64,000 bases of DNA from contig OY762897.2 of assembly GCA_963666515.2 (NCBI GenBank), forward strand, positions 4,576,001 to 4,640,000, given 5' to 3'. Shown here piece after piece: positions 27,311 to 37,404 of the stretch; position 1 is the stretch's first letter; every line of letters begins with the position of its first letter. The stretch comes from Candidatus Binatia bacterium (lineage in GTDB: Bacteria; Desulfobacterota; Binatia; UBA9968; JAJDTQ01). A program made the translations under genes and the position numbers. The notes under the pieces were generated by a model. It was not told where the DNA came from and ran no database searches. It saw nothing but the letters and a program-made list of their open reading frames with translations.

Positions 27311-28156
27311 ATGAGCAAAGACTCCCCATTCCACGACCACGCGCACGCCGCCGAGTTCGACAGGCGCGCGGCCATGTCGGACATCCGCGGGCGGCTGGCC
27401 GAGCGGCTGATCGAGGCCATGGAGTTGCGCGGCGACGAGACCGTGCTGGACGTTGCCACCGGCACCGGGCGGTTTGCCCGGCCGGTTTCGCGGCGGCTGG
27501 CCGGCGGCAACATCGTCGGCATCGACGAGGCGCTGGCCATGCTGCGGGTGTCGCGGGAGCCGGACGCGGCGCCGATCTCCCGCTATGAGAGGATCGCCGC
27601 CACCGCGGAGCGCCTGCCGTTGCGGGCCGGCACCTTCGATCGCGCGTGGGTGGCGTTCAGTCTCCATCACTTCGTCAGCGCGCGGGACATGGTCAAGGAG
27701 GCGAGGCGCGTGCTCAAGCCCGGCGGCCGTCTGCTGATACTCGATCCGGTGATCCTGGCGGCGGACGACGCGCTGGACGCCGAGGTCGGCGGACTCATCA
27801 ACGAGGTCTTTCAGCGTTCCCACGGCGCGGGATTCCGTTTCTTCACGGTGGAGGAGGTCCGCGCGTTGATGACGGACGGCGGGCTGGAGGTGGTGCGCGC
27901 AGACTGCCACACCTACAGCGTGGACCAGGACGGCACCGAGGGCATCCCCACGGGCCGCCATTGGCTTGAGGTGGCGGACCAGTTGGAACAGCGGCCGGCG
28001 GAGTTGCGGGAACGCTTCGCCGAAAGGTACTTTCGCTACGAGAAGGCCGGCGACCGGCTTCACATCAGCGGCGGCTTCCACTATGGTCTCATCGCCGGAG
28101 AGAAGCGGCCCGGCGCCGCCGGCCGGCAAAGGATTCGCGGAAGGAGCACCCCATGA
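27311..28156 (+). CDS. Class I SAM-dependent methyltransferase (UbiE-like fold)
   Basis: VLDVATGTG, LHHF, RVLKPGG; alternative GTG start at 27281. Confidence 0.85.
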   Translation: MSKDSPFHDHAHAAEFDRRAAMSDIRGRLAERLIEAMELRGDETVLDVATGTGRFARPVSRRLAGGNIVGIDEALAMLRVSREPDAAPISRYERIAATAERLPLRAGTFDRAWVAFSLHHFVSARDMVKEARRVLKPGGRLLILDPVILAADDALDAEVGGLINEVFQRSHGAGFRFFTVEEVRALMTDGGLEVVRADCHTYSVDQDGTEGIPTGRHWLEVADQLEQRPAELRERFAERYFRYEKAGDRLHISGGFHYGLIAGEKRPGAAGRQRIRGRSTP

Positions 28157-29049
28157 AAACGCCATCGTCACTCATCACTCTGGGCACGTCGGGCGGGCCG
28201 TCGCTCACGCCGCATCGAGCACAGACGTCCCATCTGCTCACGGTCAACGGCACCTACTACGTGGTGGACGCAGGCGACGGCGTGGCCCGGCGCATGGCCC
28301 GTGCCGGGGCCGACGTGCGCAGGGTGGGGATCATCTTCCTCACCCACCATCACGACGACCATACCGCGGGCCTCGCCACCCTCATGGCCCTGGCCTGGGA
28401 CGGCCAGCGCACCGAGCCCATCAACGTCTACGGCCCGCCTCGGACGCAGGAACTGGTGGACGCCACGGTGAAGTACTGCAGCATCAGCGCCGACATCCGC
28501 ATCGCCGACGGCGGCCGCAGCGTCCCGCTCGACAAGGTGTTCTTCGGCCACGACGTGGGCATCGGCGAGGTTTACCAGGACGGCAACGTGCGCGTGAGCG
28601 CGGTGGAGAACACCCACTTCAGCTTCCACCGCGGCGTCGCCGAAGGCCGCTACAAGTCCTACTCCTACCGCTTCGAGACCCCCGACCGGGTCATCGTGTT
28701 CACCGGCGATACCGGCGCCAGCGCCGCGGTCACCGCGCTGGCCAGGGACGCGGACGTGCTGGTTACCGAGACCTCCTCCTGCGACGAGCGCAAGAACGCC
28801 ATGATCAAGGACGGCCGCTGGGAGGCCATGAGCACGGCCGAGCAGGAAGGCATCATGCGCCAAGCCACCCAGGGGCACATGGGCCTGGAGAACATCGCCA
28901 CGCTGGCGACGCAGGCCGGCGTCAAAAAGGTGGTGCTGTCCCACCTCACCCGCCGCGTGGACTCCACGGACTACGAGCCCTTCGCCGAAGAGGTGCGCAA
29001 GGGCTACGCCGGCGAGGTGGTCATCGCAGAGGACTGTATGGAGTTCTAG
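28153..29049 (+). CDS. MBL-fold metallo-hydrolase (RNase Z/arylsulfatase-like)
   Basis: LGTSGGP, VDAGDG, THHHDDH, FTGDT, LSH. Confidence 0.88.
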   Translation: MKTPSSLITLGTSGGPSLTPHRAQTSHLLTVNGTYYVVDAGDGVARRMARAGADVRRVGIIFLTHHHDDHTAGLATLMALAWDGQRTEPINVYGPPRTQELVDATVKYCSISADIRIADGGRSVPLDKVFFGHDVGIGEVYQDGNVRVSAVENTHFSFHRGVAEGRYKSYSYRFETPDRVIVFTGDTGASAAVTALARDADVLVTETSSCDERKNAMIKDGRWEAMSTAEQEGIMRQATQGHMGLENIATLATQAGVKKVVLSHLTRRVDSTDYEPFAEEVRKGYAGEVVIAEDCMEF

Positions 29050-29076
29050 GACCCGTCCGAGTAGTCGAATTTCAGG

Positions 29077-29147
29077 GGGCGACCGCGGGTCGCCCCTACA
29101 AATGCCCTAGCGATGAACCCCATGTAGGGGCGACCGGCCGGTCGCCC
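29077..29147. repeat. Inverted pair of GTAG-family REPs
   Basis: GGGCGACCGCGGGTCGCCCCTACA and TGTAGGGGCGACCGGCCGGTCGCCC. Confidence 0.85.
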
Positions 29148-29175
29148 TCTGGACAACGAGTTTCACAAAGCAGCC

Positions 29176-31383
29176 ATGAACATCATCGGCACCGCTGCCG
29201 CCCGCGTGGACGGCGTGGCCAAGGTCACCGGCCAGGCCGAATACGCTTCGGACATCACCGTGCCGGGCATGCTGTGCGGCAAGATACTTCGCAGCCCCCA
29301 CGCCCACGCACGCATTCTTTCCATCGACGCGAGCGCGGCGGAGCGGATTCCCGGGGTTCGCGCCGTCCTCACCCGGAAAGACTTCCGCGACCGGAACCCC
29401 TGGTTCAGCGGCAGGATTCAGGACCATCCCATCGTGGCGCTCGACCGTGCGCTCTTCGCCGGCCAGCCGGTGGCCGCGGTGGCGGCGGACGACGAGGCGG
29501 TGGCAGAGGATGCGCTCCGGGCGCTGGCGGTGGAGTACGAGCCCCTGCCCGCGGTGGTGGGCATCGAGGAGGCCATCGCCGGCGGCGCGCCGCAAGTCCA
29601 CGAGTCCGCGCCCGGCAACATCTGCTTCAGCGACCGCCTGGAGAAGGGCGACGTGGCGGCCGGGTTCGCCGAGGCCGACACCGTGGTCGAGGACACCTTC
29701 ACCTTTCCCATGGTGTACCACTACGCCATGGAGCCCCACGTGGCCATCGCCAAGGTGGACGCCGACGGCGTCACTGTGTGGAGTTCCTGCGCCCATCCCT
29801 TCGGCGTGCAGCTAGAACTGGCGCACATCTTCGACCTGCCGCTGTCCGCGGTGCGCGTGATCATCCCCTACGTGGGCGGCGCCTACGGCAGCAAGTCCGG
29901 CGCCAAGATCGAGCCCCTGACGGTGGCGCTGGCGCAGAAGTGCGGGCGGCCGGTGCGGATCGCGCAGAACGTCTCCGAGGCCATGATGACCGTGAGGCGC
30001 CACTCGGCGCTGTGCCGCGTGCGCACCGGCGCCAGACGCGACGGCACGCTGGTGGCGAAGCAGGCCGAGGTCTTCCTCAACACCGGCGCCTTCGCCGAGC
30101 TGGGCCCGGTGGTGACCAGCCGTACGCTCACCCGCATCCTCGGGCCGTACCGCATTCCGCACATCCGGGTCGAGTCCCACTGCGTCTACACCAACACGGT
30201 ATCCGCGGCGTCGTTCCGCTCCATCGGCGGCCCGCAGACCGCCTGGGCCAACGAGTCCCAGATGGACATGCTCGCCGACCGCCTCGGCATGGACCCGCTG
30301 GAGTTCCGCCTGAAGAACCTGCTGCACCGGGGCGAGGAGCTGAAGCCCGGCGGCAAGCCCCTGGACGCCGACCTCCGGGAAGGCCTTGGGCACGTCACCC
30401 GGCGCATCGGCTGGGACGGACCCGTGTCCCGCTCCGGCGCCGGCCGGGGACTGGCCTTCGGCGTCACCGACCCGGGGGCGCCGCTGGCCTCCACCTCCAC
30501 CGTGCACGCCCTTTCCGACGGCAGCGTCGTGCTGCTCATCGGCACCTCGGAGATCGGCCAAGGCTCCCGTACGGTCATGAGCCAGATCGTGGCCGAGGAG
30601 CTGCGCGTGCCCCTGGACAAGGTGCGGGTGCGCCCGCCGGACACCGCCTACACCCCCTACGACCGCTCCACCGGGTCGAGCCGCTCCACCACGGTGATGG
30701 GCAAGGCCACCCAGTTGGCCGCGGCCGACGCCCGCGAGCAGATCCTGGAGCTGGCCATGGAGCACTTCGAGGCCCCGCGCGAGGCCGTGGAGCTGGCCGA
30801 CGGCGAGGCCCGTGCGGGCGGCCAGGGCGTCCCCTACGGCGAGTTGATCCGCCGCCACTTCGCCATGCAGGGAGGCGAGATCGTGGGCCGCGGCTACGCC
30901 CACAGCGGCATGGCCGCGACCCCTTCCAACCCGCTCTTCTGGGAAATCGGCATCGGCGCGGTGGAGTTGGACGTGGACCGGGACACGGGCGAGGTGCGGC
31001 TCCAGCGCTACATCATGGCCGCCGACGTGGGCAAGGCCCTGAACCCGCTCCAGTGCGAAGGCCAGGACGAGGGCGCCGCCATGATGGGCATCGGCCACGC
31101 ATTGATGGAGTCCATCGAATACGGCGACGGCCAGATCCTCAACCCGAACCTCGTGGACTACCGCGTGCCCGGCTTCGAGAACCTGCCCGCCACCTTCGAA
31201 TCGATCCTGGTGGAAAACGGCGACGGCCCCGGCCCCTACGGCGCCAAGGGCATGGGAGAGGGCGGCATCATCCCGGTGGCGCCTGCCGTGGCCAACGCGG
31301 TGTTCCGCTGCACCGGCGCCCGCGTCAAGGACCTGCCGCTGACCCCCGAGAAGGTCTGGCGGGCCATGCGCCGGTCGGGGTGA
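29176..31383 (+). CDS. Xanthine dehydrogenase-family molybdopterin-binding subunit
   Basis: KVTGQAEY, LRSPHAHA, VGGAYGSK, EIGQG, GAKGMGEG. Confidence 0.93.
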   Translation: MNIIGTAAARVDGVAKVTGQAEYASDITVPGMLCGKILRSPHAHARILSIDASAAERIPGVRAVLTRKDFRDRNPWFSGRIQDHPIVALDRALFAGQPVAAVAADDEAVAEDALRALAVEYEPLPAVVGIEEAIAGGAPQVHESAPGNICFSDRLEKGDVAAGFAEADTVVEDTFTFPMVYHYAMEPHVAIAKVDADGVTVWSSCAHPFGVQLELAHIFDLPLSAVRVIIPYVGGAYGSKSGAKIEPLTVALAQKCGRPVRIAQNVSEAMMTVRRHSALCRVRTGARRDGTLVAKQAEVFLNTGAFAELGPVVTSRTLTRILGPYRIPHIRVESHCVYTNTVSAASFRSIGGPQTAWANESQMDMLADRLGMDPLEFRLKNLLHRGEELKPGGKPLDADLREGLGHVTRRIGWDGPVSRSGAGRGLAFGVTDPGAPLASTSTVHALSDGSVVLLIGTSEIGQGSRTVMSQIVAEELRVPLDKVRVRPPDTAYTPYDRSTGSSRSTTVMGKATQLAAADAREQILELAMEHFEAPREAVELADGEARAGGQGVPYGELIRRHFAMQGGEIVGRGYAHSGMAATPSNPLFWEIGIGAVELDVDRDTGEVRLQRYIMAADVGKALNPLQCEGQDEGAAMMGIGHALMESIEYGDGQILNPNLVDYRVPGFENLPATFESILVENGDGPGPYGAKGMGEGGIIPVAPAVANAVFRCTGARVKDLPLTPEKVWRAMRRSG

Positions 31384-31386
31384 GCC

Positions 31387-31419
31387 AAAAACAAAGGGCA
31401 GGTCCGGAGACCCGCCCTT
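31387..31419 (-). terminator. Intrinsic terminator for the amidohydrolase gene
   Basis: Minus strand AAGGGCGGGTC-TCCG-GACCTGCCCTT then TGTTTTT. Confidence 0.7.
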
Positions 31420-31447
31420 GCTCATTCAAGCGACGTAACCCCGGCCC

Positions 31448-32512
31448 CTACAACCCGTAAAACACCCGCGAATTGGTATTCAGGATCTTCTCGGCCTGCT
31501 CGGTGTCGATCCGCCCCTGGTCCACCCAGTTGTGCACCTCGTTGAGTCCGCTCAGGTTGGCGGAGATGTCGGTGTGACTGTAGTCCGTGCCGATGATCAG
31601 GTTGTCCTCGGTGTGGAACTTCAGGAGCGCCTCCACGTCGTCGATGGGGTCGATGGTGATGTAGGTGCGGTTCTTGCGGAAGATCTCGGGGTCGAGGTCG
31701 CACAGTTGCGGCAGGGTGGTTCCCGTGCCGCGGAGCGCCGCGCGCTTGGTCGCGCCCAGTTGCGACAACACGTAGGGTATCCACGACGCCCCCGACTCGA
31801 TGAACCCGAACCGCAGGTTGGGGAACATCTCCGGCACCTTGGAGGTCACCAGTTCGGCGAAGGCGTACATGATGGGGAAGCCACGGTCCCACTCGCGCGA
31901 CGGCAGCGGATGGCCCGTGTGGAAGCACAGCGGCATGTCCAGCCGGTTGGCCTCCTCGTACACCGGAAAGAAATGCGGGTCGGTGACCTTGCGGCCGATG
32001 TCGAAGCCGCGCTTGAAGATGCCGCAGGCGCCGTGCTCTTTGGCCCAGCGCAGCTCCTCGATGCCCATTTGGGGATCCAGCCACGGCAGCACCGCGGCCC
32101 ACTGCAACCGCCCGTTGGTGGGCTCGCACTTCTCGGCCAGCCAGCGGTTGTAGGTGGTGGTCAGCGCCCACTCGGCCTCGGCGTTCTGGGTGTTGTGGCG
32201 GATGAAGAAGGTCGGGAAGATGACCTGGATGTCCACGCCCATCTCGTCCATGTGGGCCAGGCGGCCCTCCACGTCGTCCAGCTCCCGCCGCACCCGCGGC
32301 GGATGGTTGATCTCGTCCCGCACCGCGCGGTTCTGGAGCCTCCCCTCCACCACCCAACTGCGCCGGGTCGTGGTGTTGAAGCCGGCCCGGTTCGCCTCCT
32401 CGTCGGACATGTGGACCGTCACCGGCATGTACTTCGCATAGGGCGTCCCCTCCAACGCGGCCCAGGTGGCATCGGACTCGTCGACATGGGTATCGGCATC
32501 GATCACGGACAT
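31448..32512 (-). CDS. Amidohydrolase_2 family protein
   Basis: IDADTHV, YNRWLAE, CFHTG, FIESGASW, GTDYSH. Confidence 0.9.
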   Translation of the reverse strand: MSVIDADTHVDESDATWAALEGTPYAKYMPVTVHMSDEEANRAGFNTTTRRSWVVEGRLQNRAVRDEINHPPRVRRELDDVEGRLAHMDEMGVDIQVIFPTFFIRHNTQNAEAEWALTTTYNRWLAEKCEPTNGRLQWAAVLPWLDPQMGIEELRWAKEHGACGIFKRGFDIGRKVTDPHFFPVYEEANRLDMPLCFHTGHPLPSREWDRGFPIMYAFAELVTSKVPEMFPNLRFGFIESGASWIPYVLSQLGATKRAALRGTGTTLPQLCDLDPEIFRKNRTYITIDPIDDVEALLKFHTEDNLIIGTDYSHTDISANLSGLNEVHNWVDQGRIDTEQAEKILNTNSRVFYGL

Positions 32513-32694
32513 GGCAAACCTCCTCGCTGGCGGCGCCCGGCCTCATTGAGCTGGCGCTATCGAGACGGATCGAAATTTTCAGTAGCCTACCAGCAATCGA
32601 GCATTGCGGCAATTTCCCGGCATTGTTTTCCGTTCGTGGTTCAAGACCCGGACGACGAGCGTCGGCGGGTCGCGTCCTCGCGTCTCCGGGGTGC

Positions 32695-32723
32695 TTGCTG
32701 AATGCGGTCAACGCTGTCATAAT
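32695..32723 (+). promoter_or_regulatory. Promoter giving a leaderless vapBC transcript
   Basis: TTGCTG-17 nt-CATAAT, 6 nt before the GTG start; no SD. Confidence 0.55.
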
Positions 32724-32729
32724 GCTTTC

Positions 32730-32966
32730 GTGACGGTACAGATCACCATCCGAGGGGTTCCGGAACATGTTCGCGACGAGTTGGCGGTGCGGGCGGCGTC
32801 GCAACGGCAATCCATGCAGGAGTATCTCCGTTGCGAGTTGGAGCGCATCGCCTCCCGTCCCTCCCTCGACGCATGGCTCCGAGACGTTCGCGACCGCAAG
32901 GAAGCGGCGGGCTCCCGCGTTGGACCTTCGAGCATCCTGCGTGCCCGTGACGCGGACCGAACGTGA
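32730..32966 (+). CDS. vapB: FitA-like RHH antitoxin
   Basis: QITIRGVPEHVRDELAVRAASQRQSMQEYLR; GTGA overlap with the PIN gene. Confidence 0.85.
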   Translation: MTVQITIRGVPEHVRDELAVRAASQRQSMQEYLRCELERIASRPSLDAWLRDVRDRKEAAGSRVGPSSILRARDADRT

Positions 32967-33364
32967 TCGTCCTCGATGCATCCGTGTTGGTCGCGGTGCT
33001 GGTGGACTCAGGCCACGAGGGACGGTGGGCGGAAACCGTCGTTGCCGACGGGGACTTGGCCGCCCCCGAGTTGGCGTTGGTCGAGGCCACCAACATCCTG
33101 CGGCGGCTGGAACAGTCCGGCGCGATTTCACGGCTGGAAGCCAACAGTGCGCATCCGGATCTATTGCGGCTGAACCTGGACCTGTTCCCGTTCGCGCCGT
33201 TTGCCGGCCGCGTATGGGCTTTGCGGGAGAACCTGACGGCTTACGACGCTTGGTACGTCGCGCTGGCCGAAGCGTTGGGCTGCCCGCTGGCGACCCTTGA
33301 CCGCAAGCTAAGCCGCGCCCCCGGTCCCGCCTGTGAGATCATCGTCCCGCCCCGCGCGCGGTGA
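32963..33364 (+). CDS. vapC: VapC PIN-domain toxin
   Basis: IVLDAS, VEATN, NLTAYDAWYVALAE, LATLDRKL. Confidence 0.92.
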   Translation: MIVLDASVLVAVLVDSGHEGRWAETVVADGDLAAPELALVEATNILRRLEQSGAISRLEANSAHPDLLRLNLDLFPFAPFAGRVWALRENLTAYDAWYVALAEALGCPLATLDRKLSRAPGPACEIIVPPRAR

Positions 33365-33386
33365 CGGAACATTCAGAGAGGCGGAA

Positions 33387-33415
33387 TTGCCAAACGAGGT
33401 TGTTGACCACATAAT
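33387..33415 (+). promoter_or_regulatory. Sigma70-like promoter for the PHP-ATPase operon
   Basis: TTGCCA-17 nt-CATAAT. Confidence 0.55.
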
Positions 33416-33474
33416 ACCAGTCCTGTCAGCAACGATGATGATCATGCCGAGGTCACAGTAAGGAATGAGTTGCC

Positions 33475-36168
33475 GTGGATCCTGTTGATAAAGCGCTTGA
33501 GCTATCCTCCGGCTCGGCTTTTCATCGCTGTGCACTCCAAGTGAACACGCACCACTATGGCAGCAAGTTTCGTGGTCAAGCTGTCGAGGGCGATGCACGA
33601 TCTCATGCTGAGGCCATCATCGCAAAGGCGGCCGAAATCGGGGTTTCGGTGCTGGCTGTCACAAACCACAACGACGTCAGTGAAGTGCCCGTCTTCCGAG
33701 ACGCCGCTGCGTCCTGTGGGATCACCATATTTCCGGGCTTTGAGCTTTCCTCTTCCGAAGGCATTCACGTTCTGTGTATTTACGCGCCCGATACCACCGA
33801 GGATCGACTTGGACGGTTCCTCGGTGAGTTCGGGATACGTGACACAGCGCCGTCCTCAGACCTGTCAAGTGACTCATTCGAAGAAATCCTTGCGAAAGTC
33901 CGAGAACAGGGAGGCATCTCGGTTGCCGCGCACGTAACGAACGAGAAAGGGCTCTTCAAGGCTCTTGATGGGCAGGCGCGAATTCAGGCTTGGACCGCTA
34001 AGGATCTCTTCGCGATTCAGATTCCTGGGTCCGTCGAGGATTTGCCCCAGGATGTTCGCCCGATTGTGGAGAACAAGAACCCCGATTACCGGCGACTTCA
34101 CCCAGCCGGCGAGAATCTGGCCGTGGCAGTTGTTAATGCCAAGGACGTCGTGCAGGCCCAGGATTTGGACGATCACTCGGCCACCTGCTGGATCAAGATG
34201 TCCGAGGTGAGCGTCGAAGGGTTGAGACAAGCGTTCCTGGATCCGGGATCGCGTATCCGTCCCAATCCTAAAGAAGGCGAACTGGAATCGGAAGAGCACG
34301 CCGAGATGCTTAGTCTCGCCTGGGAAGGCGGATTCCTTGATGGCGTGGCGATGCACTTGAACTCCAACCTCAACGTCCTAGTGGGCGGGCGCGGGGCCGG
34401 CAAGTCCACGATAATCGAAAGCTTGCGCTACGTGCTGGGCTTGGAACCCGTTGGAGAGGAGGCACAAAAGGCCCACAAGGGAATCGTCGGCCAAGTGCTC
34501 CGGAGCGGGACGAAGGTCTCACTTCTCGCGCGTTGCTATCGTCCGGCAAAGCGCCAATACCGGATCGAGCGCACCGTGCCGAACCCGCCGGTGGTTCGCG
34601 ACGAAAGCGGCCAGGTGTCAAGCCTCCTCCCGGGCGAGGTCCTCCCTCGCGTCGAGGTTTACGGTCAGCACGAAATTTCCGAACTCACCAGGAGCAGCGA
34701 GAAGCTCACCCGCCTTCTCGACCGATTCGTCGAACGCGACCAGTCTCTGGCCAGACGCAAGGCTGATGTCCGTCGAGACCTTGAGAAGACGAGGCGGTCG
34801 ATTCTGGACGTGCGGGCCGAGCAGGAGCAGATCGGGGAGCGTCTGGCGACTCTTCCGGGTCTGGAGGAAACCTTAGAGCGCTTTCGGGAAGCTGGGCTGG
34901 AAGACCGTCTGCGCGACCGGAGTCTTATCGTTCGGGAGGAGCGGGTACTCGATTCGATTCCCGAGCGCTTGGAGCCGTTGCGTGAATGCTTGGATAGACT
35001 CCGTCAGGAGATCCCCATTGACCGCGTGTTTCTCTCGCCAAAAGCGTTGGAGGAGTTGCCGGGTAAGGATATCCTCGCAGAAGCGGACGGGATCCTCGAT
35101 ACCCTGAGCCGGGAGATCGAGGAGTTGGTGCGGCAGTTAGAGGAAGCCTTGGTGCGAGCGGACGAGAGAATTAACGACATCCGTTCCCGTTGGGACGAGC
35201 GCAAGCGCGAAGTCCAGAAGGCTTACGAGAGAATCCTGCGTGAGCTCCAGAAGTCATCAGTGGACGGGGAGGAGTTCATCCGCCTGCGGCGTGAGATAGA
35301 GGGCCTCCGCCCGTTGCGGGAGCGAGAGTCCCTGCTGCAGCGCCTGGAAAATGAACACCTGGAGCGACGGCGCACTCTTTTGGCCGAATGGGAAGACCTG
35401 AAGGCGGAGGAGTTTCGGCTCCTCGACCGGGCCGCGAGGAAGGTAGGCAGAAAGCTTCGCGACCGCGTCCAGGTGGAGGTAACCGCAGCCGGTAATCGAG
35501 AACCGCTATTTGACATGCTCAAAGAAGAGATTCGAGGTCGCCTTTCCGAAGCACTCGATCAAATCAAGCAGTCGCCGGACCTATCATTGCCGGAGTTCGT
35601 CAACTGTTGCAGGGATGGTGCAGAGGCGGTGAAAAAAACCTACTCAATTCCACCCGCTCAGGCAGAACGTCTAGCCAAAGCGCCACTTGAGACTTTGATG
35701 CGGATTGAGGAGTTGGAATTGCCTCCTACGACCGCGGTCCGGCTCAATACAGCACCTTCTGGAGAGCCGCCGTCATGGCACGCGCTCGAAGATCTTTCGA
35801 CAGGCCAGAAGGCGACAGCGGTGCTCCTGCTCCTGCTGCTGGAGTCAGACTCCCCCTTGATCGTGGATCAGCCGGAGGACGACCTAGACAACCGCTTTAT
35901 CACCGAAGGTGTGGTTCCCAGAATGCGAGAGGAAAAGCGCTGCCGACAGTTTATTTTCTCAACCCACAACGCCAATATCCCGGTGCTTGGCGACGCCGAG
36001 CTTATTCTCGGGCTCACCGCAGCAGGCGGAGCGGACGGGGGAAAGGCGCGTATTGCCCCGAAACACATGGGCTCCATCGACAAACAATCGGTGCGGGAGC
36101 TTGTCGAGGATATTCTGGAAGGCGGAAAGGACGCCTTTGAGACGAGGCGGCTGAAGTACGGGTTCTGA
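33475..36168 (+). CDS. PHP-like domain fused to SMC-like coiled-coil ABC ATPase (Ppl/TrlF-like)
   Basis: CALQVNT, AVTNHN, PGFEL..GIHVL, AAHV; GGRGAGKS, LSTGQK, IVDQPEDDLDN, STHN. Confidence 0.85.
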   Translation: MDPVDKALELSSGSAFHRCALQVNTHHYGSKFRGQAVEGDARSHAEAIIAKAAEIGVSVLAVTNHNDVSEVPVFRDAAASCGITIFPGFELSSSEGIHVLCIYAPDTTEDRLGRFLGEFGIRDTAPSSDLSSDSFEEILAKVREQGGISVAAHVTNEKGLFKALDGQARIQAWTAKDLFAIQIPGSVEDLPQDVRPIVENKNPDYRRLHPAGENLAVAVVNAKDVVQAQDLDDHSATCWIKMSEVSVEGLRQAFLDPGSRIRPNPKEGELESEEHAEMLSLAWEGGFLDGVAMHLNSNLNVLVGGRGAGKSTIIESLRYVLGLEPVGEEAQKAHKGIVGQVLRSGTKVSLLARCYRPAKRQYRIERTVPNPPVVRDESGQVSSLLPGEVLPRVEVYGQHEISELTRSSEKLTRLLDRFVERDQSLARRKADVRRDLEKTRRSILDVRAEQEQIGERLATLPGLEETLERFREAGLEDRLRDRSLIVREERVLDSIPERLEPLRECLDRLRQEIPIDRVFLSPKALEELPGKDILAEADGILDTLSREIEELVRQLEEALVRADERINDIRSRWDERKREVQKAYERILRELQKSSVDGEEFIRLRREIEGLRPLRERESLLQRLENEHLERRRTLLAEWEDLKAEEFRLLDRAARKVGRKLRDRVQVEVTAAGNREPLFDMLKEEIRGRLSEALDQIKQSPDLSLPEFVNCCRDGAEAVKKTYSIPPAQAERLAKAPLETLMRIEELELPPTTAVRLNTAPSGEPPSWHALEDLSTGQKATAVLLLLLLESDSPLIVDQPEDDLDNRFITEGVVPRMREEKRCRQFIFSTHNANIPVLGDAELILGLTAAGGADGGKARIAPKHMGSIDKQSVRELVEDILEGGKDAFETRRLKYGF

Positions 36169-36177
36169 GAGCTTTCG

Positions 36178-37404
36178 ATGAACAAGGCCGAATTGATCGA
36201 GCTAATCCGCAATGGTGAGAACTCGGGCGTCGAGTTCAAGCGCGACGATATCACCGCGGAGAAGTTGGCTGGAGAGGTGGCAGCCCTTCTGAATCTGGAG
36301 GGAGGACACATTATCCTCGGCGTCGAAAACGATGGAACCGTCACGGGCCTTACTCGGCATCACGCGAAGGCCGAGGAATGGGTAATGGAAACGGCTCGCA
36401 CGCACCTTCAACCCGCCACGATTCCGTACTGGGAGAAGATCAGTTGGGACGGGGATAAGGTGGTCGGCATCGTGTCGCTCCCCGCAGATGCGCCGGACAA
36501 GCCCTACAAAGCAAAGCGTCGCTCGTTTTGGGTCTCGAAGGTGCGAGTCGGAACGACGACCCGCGACGCAACACGCGAAGAAGAGCAACGGTTGTATCAA
36601 CAATCCGGGCAAATCCGTTTTGGGCTGAAACCTGTTCCCGGAACCACTCTTGGTGCGCTTGATCGCCGGCGTTTGTGTGATTATTTTGTCCGCATTTTGG
36701 GTGGTGATGTTCCGGCCGAGGGGGACGTTGAGGGATGGCAGAGACTGCTCCACAATATGGACTTGGCCACGACAACTGCGGGGCGCGTTGCGGCAACCGT
36801 AGATGGTGTCATCATCTTTGGCCAGAACCCCGATCGTTTCCTCCCACAATCGGGCGTCCGAGCCGTCTGTTACCCTGGTCAGGAGCCGGATTATGCAACC
36901 CGTGCGGACGAAGATCTGAGGGGACCTCTGGTTCCGCTTGGCGCCCGCGATGGTTCGCTGGTTGAACCAGGGTTGATCGATCAGGCATGGGACTTCGTGC
37001 GGCGAAATACCATTCCGTCAGCTCGGCTGGAAGGTGCGCGACGGATCGACCGCTGGGACTATCCCGAAGCAGTGGTACGCGAGGCCGTCGGCAATGCCTT
37101 GGTTCATCGTGATTACAGCATCGCAGGCACCGACGTCATGCTGGTCCTCTTCTCCAACCGTCTCGAAATCGTGAGTCCGGGGCGTCTGCCAAACACGGTT
37201 ACGCCGGAAGGGATGAGGTCAGGGATGCGCTATGCCCGCAACCAGACCTTGGTCAATGTCATGCGCGATTACGGGTACGTCGATGCCCGCGGAATGGGGG
37301 TGCGGAACAAGATCATTCCTGGAATGCGTGCACATAACGGCACGGAGCCCGATTTGATCGAGGAGGAGCACCGCTTCACTGTCCGTTTGTGGAAGGAGAG
37401 TTGA
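36178..37404 (+). CDS. Schlafen/AlbA_2 domain + HATPase_c_4 protein
   Basis: ENSGVEFKRD, AALLNLEGG..LGVENDG; REAVGNALVHRDY, SPGRLP, ARN, GMGV. Confidence 0.88.
   Translation: MNKAELIELIRNGENSGVEFKRDDITAEKLAGEVAALLNLEGGHIILGVENDGTVTGLTRHHAKAEEWVMETARTHLQPATIPYWEKISWDGDKVVGIVSLPADAPDKPYKAKRRSFWVSKVRVGTTTRDATREEEQRLYQQSGQIRFGLKPVPGTTLGALDRRRLCDYFVRILGGDVPAEGDVEGWQRLLHNMDLATTTAGRVAATVDGVIIFGQNPDRFLPQSGVRAVCYPGQEPDYATRADEDLRGPLVPLGARDGSLVEPGLIDQAWDFVRRNTIPSARLEGARRIDRWDYPEAVVREAVGNALVHRDYSIAGTDVMLVLFSNRLEIVSPGRLPNTVTPEGMRSGMRYARNQTLVNVMRDYGYVDARGMGVRNKIIPGMRAHNGTEPDLIEEEHRFTVRLWKES

Noticed and set aside
29077-29147. Palindromic repeats as a mini-CRISPR
   Set aside because: Inverted REP pair, no spacer array, no cas genes in the window
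29176-31383. Molybdopterin subunit without adjacent FAD and 2Fe-2S subunits
   Set aside because: Dispersed subunits are common where this family is expanded; no evidence of novelty
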